Of a stretch of DNA of 32,000 nt, positions 27,549 through 32,000 are shown piece after piece (within the stretch, counting starts at the first letter, position 1; each line of letters starts with the position of its first letter). The stretch is from Pyrodictium abyssi (GTDB lineage: Archaea > Thermoproteota > Thermoprotei_A > Sulfolobales > Pyrodictiaceae). The position numbers and the translations under genes are program-made. The DNA lies in NCBI RefSeq assembly GCF_036323395.1, contig NZ_AP028907.1:1650001-1682000 (forward strand), given 5' to 3'. The notes under the pieces were generated by a model. That model was given only the letters and a program-made list of their open reading frames with translations. It was not told the DNA's origin and made no database searches.

Positions 27549-27613
27549 ATAAGCTACAGCTATCCAGGGGACGCTATTATGTTTATATCATCTACGCTGT
27601 GCGGGCGCTATAG

Positions 27614-28519
27614 CTATGCTGTGCTAGGGCTGCCTTCGCGGGTCAGCGGGTGGCGGCCGCCGTACTCGCAGCTCCTGCACGGCGGCCTTGCAGGCTTGGC
27701 CGGGGGCCGTGGCGAGGCCAGCCAGTCGCCTATCTCGGGGAGGACGTGGTCCTCGAACCAGGCTGCTAGCTCTCCGGGGTCGAGGCGCTCCCGTAGCACA
27801 GTGGCGCCGGAGGCGTCGCGTACGAGGAGGACCGCCTCCTCTACGGGCCAGCGCTCCGAGAGTATCCAGGCGTAGGCTGCTAGCTGTGTCCGGGCTGCCC
27901 AGTAGCCGCGCTGGCGGCGGCGCATGAGCTGAGGCCTCGACGTCGTCTTGACCTCCACCACCCGTAGCCCGGCAGGGCTCCACTCCACCTGGTCGGGGAC
28001 GCCTATCACCGTGTAGACCCGGCCCCGGGGCTTGCGGGCTATGAGGGGCCACTCCTCCCGCCGGTAGTACTCCACGGGGTCGTCGGCCTCCGCGTAGCGG
28101 CGGAGCTGCCTCTCGTAGGCCCCGGGGTCTATGAGCCCGAGGACCGGTACGACGCCCTCCCGGTTGAGCCGTTGCATTTCCTCTGCGCCGCCCTGAGCGA
28201 GCCGGCGGGCCAGCGCGGCGCCCTGGAGCGCGTCGCCTATAGCCGAGCCGGGGTCCTCGCCGTGGAGGAGCCGGCCCCTTATAACCCGGATGAAGCTGTT
28301 CTTGGAGAACTCCGCCGCCCAGAGGAGGGCGAGCCCCCTCCAGGCCTCCAGGGGGAGCGAGTCTGGGCTCAGCCACCCGGCGTTGAAGAGGCTCGTGCTA
28401 TGCCAGGCCTTGATGCTGCACCAGTGCCAGGAGCCGAGGCTACTAGCAGCTACCACTGGCGGTCCGGCCTCGCGGGCCAGCCTACCCACCAGCGCTAGTG
28501 ACTCTTCCATGCATATCAT
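27614..28519 (-). CDS. Cas4/Dna2-like PD-(D/E)XK nuclease family protein
   Basis: GSWHWCSIKAWH, VIGVPDQVEWSPAGLRVVEVKTT (D..EVK motif), QLAAYAWIL, and C-terminal PPCRSCEY. Confidence 0.75.
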   Translation of the reverse strand: MICMEESLALVGRLAREAGPPVVAASSLGSWHWCSIKAWHSTSLFNAGWLSPDSLPLEAWRGLALLWAAEFSKNSFIRVIRGRLLHGEDPGSAIGDALQGAALARRLAQGGAEEMQRLNREGVVPVLGLIDPGAYERQLRRYAEADDPVEYYRREEWPLIARKPRGRVYTVIGVPDQVEWSPAGLRVVEVKTTSRPQLMRRRQRGYWAARTQLAAYAWILSERWPVEEAVLLVRDASGATVLRERLDPGELAAWFEDHVLPEIGDWLASPRPPAKPARPPCRSCEYGGRHPLTREGSPSTA

Positions 28520-28754
28520 TGCTCCTAGGCCTCGCGTAGACGCAGGCCTCTAACGGACGAAGCGCCCCTATGGAGCGGTGCTAGGCCGGCTGCTGGGCTA
28601 CGGTAATCGTGCATGCTCCGAGGACGCGGAGAGCCCCGGCCCCTCTACCCCGCGCCCCACAGACGCCCAGCCCACCCCGATAAATGGTGAGCTGCGGCGC
28701 CCCTATGGGCCCGGCGGATGGTCTAAGCGCCCAGGGCACCGGCGGGGCCCGCTG

Positions 28755-29333
28755 CTAGCTGCCTCCCTGTAGCATCTGCTGGAGCCGCTGAAGCGCCTCT
28801 CCGTGCTCCCTGGTCCACCTGCCCATGGCCTCCAGCTTCTGCCTTAGCCCCGGCTCTACATACCCGGTAAGCGCCTCCACGAGGAGCACTATGTCCCGGG
28901 CCGCTTCTTTGCGGCTCCGGTACTTGCTCAGCTCCGCCTCGGGGTCTGGGCCATGGTACTGGTAGTCGTGGAGGCTTAGCGCCGTGCTGGTAGCCTGGCT
29001 GAAGCCAGTGTACCCCACATCCTCTAGCAGCTGGCCGGGCGCCTTCAGCCTAGTGCTAGGCACCCTGGGGATACCCTTCTCCATTAGCCGTTTCCTCTCC
29101 TTCTCGCCCAGCTTCTCCAGTATCCTGTCCCGCTCGAGGGCCGGCAGCGCCCCGGTTAGCGCCCGCCACGCCTGGAGCGCCTTACCCGCAGCACTCCTCG
29201 TAAAGCCCCGGCCGAGGAACCTCAGCGCCAGCAAAGCCTCAAGCAGAGCCTCCAGAGCACGAGCAGCGGCATAGCCCACCAGGCCCCGCCGAGGCCGGGG
29301 CAGAGGCTGCTCAAGCAGGTCTAGGGAAGTCAA
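28755..29333 (-). CDS. PaREP1/HEPN-like protein
   Basis: Helical pattern with GYAAARALEALLEALLALRFLGRGFTRSAAGKALQAWRALTGAL...DPEAELSKYRSRKEAARDIVLLVEALTG resembling crenarchaeal PaREP1/HEPN-like families. Likely TTG start at 29333. Confidence 0.5.
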   Translation of the reverse strand: MTSLDLLEQPLPRPRRGLVGYAAARALEALLEALLALRFLGRGFTRSAAGKALQAWRALTGALPALERDRILEKLGEKERKRLMEKGIPRVPSTRLKAPGQLLEDVGYTGFSQATSTALSLHDYQYHGPDPEAELSKYRSRKEAARDIVLLVEALTGYVEPGLRQKLEAMGRWTREHGEALQRLQQMLQGGS

Positions 29334-29508
29334 CCGCGGTCCCCTGCACCATAGGCGAGTTGCCGGGCCGTGTACCTCCCGATGTGCATCTCGCCTCTGT
29401 AGCGGAGCCACGCAAGCTATGCATGGGGCTCAGGGCCGACCGCTTCACGCCATTGGCCCCGGTGGGGCCTCGGCACTAAGCCATTTCTTCACCGCCAGCA
29501 GCCGGGGG

Positions 29509-29952
29509 CTAGCTCTCGCTGCTGGGCTGCGTGTACGTGTATACCTTTAAGCCCAGGGCCCCCTCTATGGCCTTGCTCTTCGCCGCTATGTCTCTGTCGA
29601 AGGTCGCTATGCCCTTGGCTCCGAGAAGGCGTGCGGACACTACGTGGAGGAGGTCGAGGGCGCGGAGACGCAGAGCGTGGGCACGTCTCTGGGCCTCCGT
29701 GAAGAGCCGGGAGCAGTCTACCTGCTCCACTCGGGCCCCCAGCTTGGCTAGGGAGTACTCCACGAGTGCCTCTAGCTCTACGTCGTCTAGGCCCATAACC
29801 CGGCTATAGACCGCGTAGAGCTCGAGGACAACAAGCTGCGAGACAACCAGCCCGTGGCCCCGGAGCCCCGCTATAAGCCTCTCCGCTGCCCCATGAAGGG
29901 GGTCTCTCCCATTGATGTAGGACACCACGACGTTCGTGTCAACGTATATCAA
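29509..29952 (-). CDS. vapC: VapC-type PIN domain toxin
   Basis: MIYVDTNVVVSYINGRDPLHGAAERLI, VVSQLVVLELYAV, LRALDLLHVVSARLLGAKGIATFDRDIA. Confidence 0.9.
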   Translation of the reverse strand: MIYVDTNVVVSYINGRDPLHGAAERLIAGLRGHGLVVSQLVVLELYAVYSRVMGLDDVELEALVEYSLAKLGARVEQVDCSRLFTEAQRRAHALRLRALDLLHVVSARLLGAKGIATFDRDIAAKSKAIEGALGLKVYTYTQPSSES

Positions 29953-30203
29953 CGGGCCCGCTCCTCCTCGACATCCTCCGCCGTCGGCAGGTTCTCGTAA
30001 GGGATACCCTTCTCCATGAACTCCTTTACGAGCTTCTTCACAGCCCTCTTGCGCTCTACGAGCCTCCGCGCCTCCTCCAGGCCCATCTCTATCAGCATGT
30101 TGTATGCGTGGTTCCGGCTACGGGCTATGCCAAGCCTAACCATCTCCTCGGCGAGCTCGGCGACCTCCCGGCGGACCTTGATGGTGACAGCTACAAGCGC
30201 CAC
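29949..30203 (-). CDS. vapB: VapB-type antitoxin
   Basis: VAVTIKVRREVAELAEEMVRLGIARSRNHAYNMLIEMGLEEARRLVERK overlaps the vapC start by 4 nt. GTG start at 30203. Confidence 0.82.
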   Translation of the reverse strand: MALVAVTIKVRREVAELAEEMVRLGIARSRNHAYNMLIEMGLEEARRLVERKRAVKKLVKEFMEKGIPYENLPTAEDVEEERAR

Positions 30204-30327
30204 AGGATGGTACACCCGGGTACACCTGGGGTGTCCCCTGAGTGTATTAGGGCTTTCGCCTAGCCGCGCTCTACGACCACCCCCCGGGGCAGCTGCGCGG
30301 AGACGACCCGGGGGCAGGAATGAGCCT

Positions 30328-30741
30328 TCAGTCCCGGGGGCTAGGCAGCGTCTCCGAGCCCCGGCCCTCCTCGGCGCTGCAGACAACGCCTCCTATCAGG
30401 GCTCTGAGCTCCTTGACGAGCCTGCGGAGCGCCTCTTCGGCGCCGGGCCGGGCCCGGTAGTACTTCCTCATCGTGCCGGCTGGGCTCCGCGCCCAGTAGC
30501 TCTCTAGGAGGCCAAGCTTCTCCAGCCTCTTCAGCACGTCGTACACCGTGCTCTCGCTGGGCGCTAGCCCGGGCGCAGCCTCCTCCAGGTAGCGGCGCAC
30601 AGCGTAGCCGTGCAGGGGGCCACGGCGGGCTAGGAGGTCGAGCACCACGATGCTGTAGAGCCCGACCCTCAGGTCGCGGAGCAGCTTCTCGACAGCCCGG
30701 TCCACGCCCGGCACCGGCCCCACACGTGCATACCCGGTCAC
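30328..30741 (-). CDS. PadR family transcriptional regulator
   Basis: GLYSIVVLDLLARRGPLHGYAVRRYLEE...PSESTVYDVLKRLEKLGLLESYWARSPAGTMRKYYRARPGAEEALRRL. Confidence 0.9.
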   Translation of the reverse strand: MTGYARVGPVPGVDRAVEKLLRDLRVGLYSIVVLDLLARRGPLHGYAVRRYLEEAAPGLAPSESTVYDVLKRLEKLGLLESYWARSPAGTMRKYYRARPGAEEALRRLVKELRALIGGVVCSAEEGRGSETLPSPRD

Positions 30742-30751
30742 GCCCCGCTGC

Positions 30752-31654
30752 TCAGTATATCTCTGGAGGCTCCTCAGCCGGCTCCCCGTTCAGGGCCAGT
30801 CTGTAGCCGCGCCGCCCCGCGTAGACGGCTATAGCGGCTGCTACTGCTAGGAAGCCTAGCGAAGCAGCCAGCCCCGCCGGCGGGGCTAGCAGCGGGCTCT
30901 CCTCGACAGCGGCGTAGGCGAGGCCAGCCACAGCGTTCACCACGCCGTGCGTCACAGCCGGGGCTGCCACTGTGCCAGAGAGCGCCCGGAGCAGGGCGAG
31001 CACGAGGCCGCCGGACACCGTGAATACCAGGAACGCTAGGAGCGACGCCAGCCCGGTCAAGCCGCTGTAGTTGTAGCCCATGAGGGCTACCAGCGGGGCG
31101 TGCCAGAGCCCCCAGACCAGGCCGACTAGCACCGAGGCCCAGGCGAACCCCAGCCTGGAGCCGAGCCGGGCCAGGAGGTAGCCCCGCCAACCGGTCTCCT
31201 CGCCCAGCGCGAGCAGAGCATTCAACGTGGAGCCCGCCACCACGGCTTGCAGGAGCATCAGAGCCAGCAGGAAGGGCGCCGGCAGGGGAGGCTCCATGCC
31301 GCTGAGGAGCAGCCCCACAATCTCCCCGGGGCCGCGGAGCCGGAGCCCTAGAAGCGGGCTAACCAGGACCGCTACCCCGTAGGCAGCTAGGGGGACAGCA
31401 GCTGAGGCCGCTACTACGCCAGCGCGGCCCCTCCGTAGGCCTATACTGCGGAGGCCCTCCCGGACCCCATATCCCTCGCAGGCCAGCGCCGCCACGGCGC
31501 CGGCGAAGGGCGTGTACATCCGGGCAGCAGCCGCAAGGACAAACACGAGCCGGTCTCCGGCGTGGGGCAGGATTACGAGGAAGTCGATAGCATAGCCGAG
31601 GCCGAACGAGACAGCTATGAACACTAGGACCCCGGCTAGGCTCCTACCCGGCAC
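30752..31654 (-). CDS. CPBP family intramembrane glutamic endopeptidase (CAAX protease-like)
   Basis: Motif 1 GEETGWRGYLL, motif 2 GLVWGLWHAPL, motif 3 HGVVNAVAG, in a polytopic membrane protein. Confidence 0.92.
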   Translation of the reverse strand: MPGRSLAGVLVFIAVSFGLGYAIDFLVILPHAGDRLVFVLAAAARMYTPFAGAVAALACEGYGVREGLRSIGLRRGRAGVVAASAAVPLAAYGVAVLVSPLLGLRLRGPGEIVGLLLSGMEPPLPAPFLLALMLLQAVVAGSTLNALLALGEETGWRGYLLARLGSRLGFAWASVLVGLVWGLWHAPLVALMGYNYSGLTGLASLLAFLVFTVSGGLVLALLRALSGTVAAPAVTHGVVNAVAGLAYAAVEESPLLAPPAGLAASLGFLAVAAAIAVYAGRRGYRLALNGEPAEEPPEIY

Positions 31655-31667
31655 CCCGCGGCGCCCC

Positions 31668-31997
31668 CTAGGCCGGCTCCACTACGACCGCCGTGCCGTA
31701 GGCTAGGACCTCGGCCGCGTACTGCGAGATAGCCGAGGTAGACAGCCTCAACCCGAGGACCGCATTCGCGCCCATCTCCCGGGCCTTCTCGGCGAGCCTC
31801 CGTAGGGCTAGCTCCCGGGCCTCAGCCAGCATCTCCGTGTACTCCTTCACCTCGCCGCCCATTAGGTTCCTAACGAACGCTACAATGTCCTTGCCAATAT
31901 GCTTCGCTAGTACCGCGCTAGCGCTCACGACGCCCAGCACGCGTACAACACGGTAGCCCGGGAGCTGCTCCAGCGTGGAGAGTATGACTTCCTGCAC
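31668..31997 (-). CDS. YbjQ/UPF0145 family protein
   Basis: LPGYRVVRVLGVVSASAVLAKHIGKDIVAFVRNLMGGEVKEYTEMLAEARELALRRLAEKAREMGANAVLGLRLSTS. Confidence 0.92.
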   Translation of the reverse strand: MQEVILSTLEQLPGYRVVRVLGVVSASAVLAKHIGKDIVAFVRNLMGGEVKEYTEMLAEARELALRRLAEKAREMGANAVLGLRLSTSAISQYAAEVLAYGTAVVVEPA

Positions 31998-32000
31998 CTG

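Noticed and set aside
27624-28376. 250 aa minus-strand ORF in the Cas4-like gene
   Set aside because: Alternate frame of the nuclease gene; Arg/Pro/Gly-rich with no motifs.

Overview
This 32 kb window is GC-rich and gene-dense, with crenarchaeal character: TATA/BRE-like boxes 25-40 bp upstream of starts, TTG/GTG starts, a ribose-1,5-bisphosphate isomerase homologue, DUF123, PaREP1/HEPN-like and VapBC genes. A Pyrodictiaceae/Desulfurococcales-type hyperthermophile is my inference, not something shown directly. Most genes are ordinary chromosomal ones: PEBP-like, MogA/MoaB, amidohydrolase, BioY, two eIF2B-like paralogues, MFS, inositol-1-phosphate synthase, GltD-like oxidoreductase, PsiE-like, CutA, tRNA-Lys, GNAT, an archaeal ATPase, endonuclease III, a GT4 glycosyltransferase, two ABC transporter loci, a Cas4/Dna2-like nuclease, VapBC and AbrB-PIN pairs, PadR and CPBP. 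I found no CRISPR array, rRNA, transposase or clear phage module, and no convincing new multigene system. The items most worth a second look are: (1) tRNA-Lys(CUU) with a hairpin-forming insertion of about 31 nt in the variable region; (2) the 22.9-23.8 kb interval, with two 17-bp GTGTAC dyads, strong G-quadruplex tracts and a repeated G-rich 21-mer around two ribbon-helix-helix-like genes; (3) a paralogue next to the R15P isomerase gene that lacks the catalytic-type Cys motif; (4) a decayed VapBC plus possible HEPN locus at 10.0-11.0 kb; (5) several genes broken only at short G/C runs; (6) a structured leader predicted before the 27.5 kb ABC operon.
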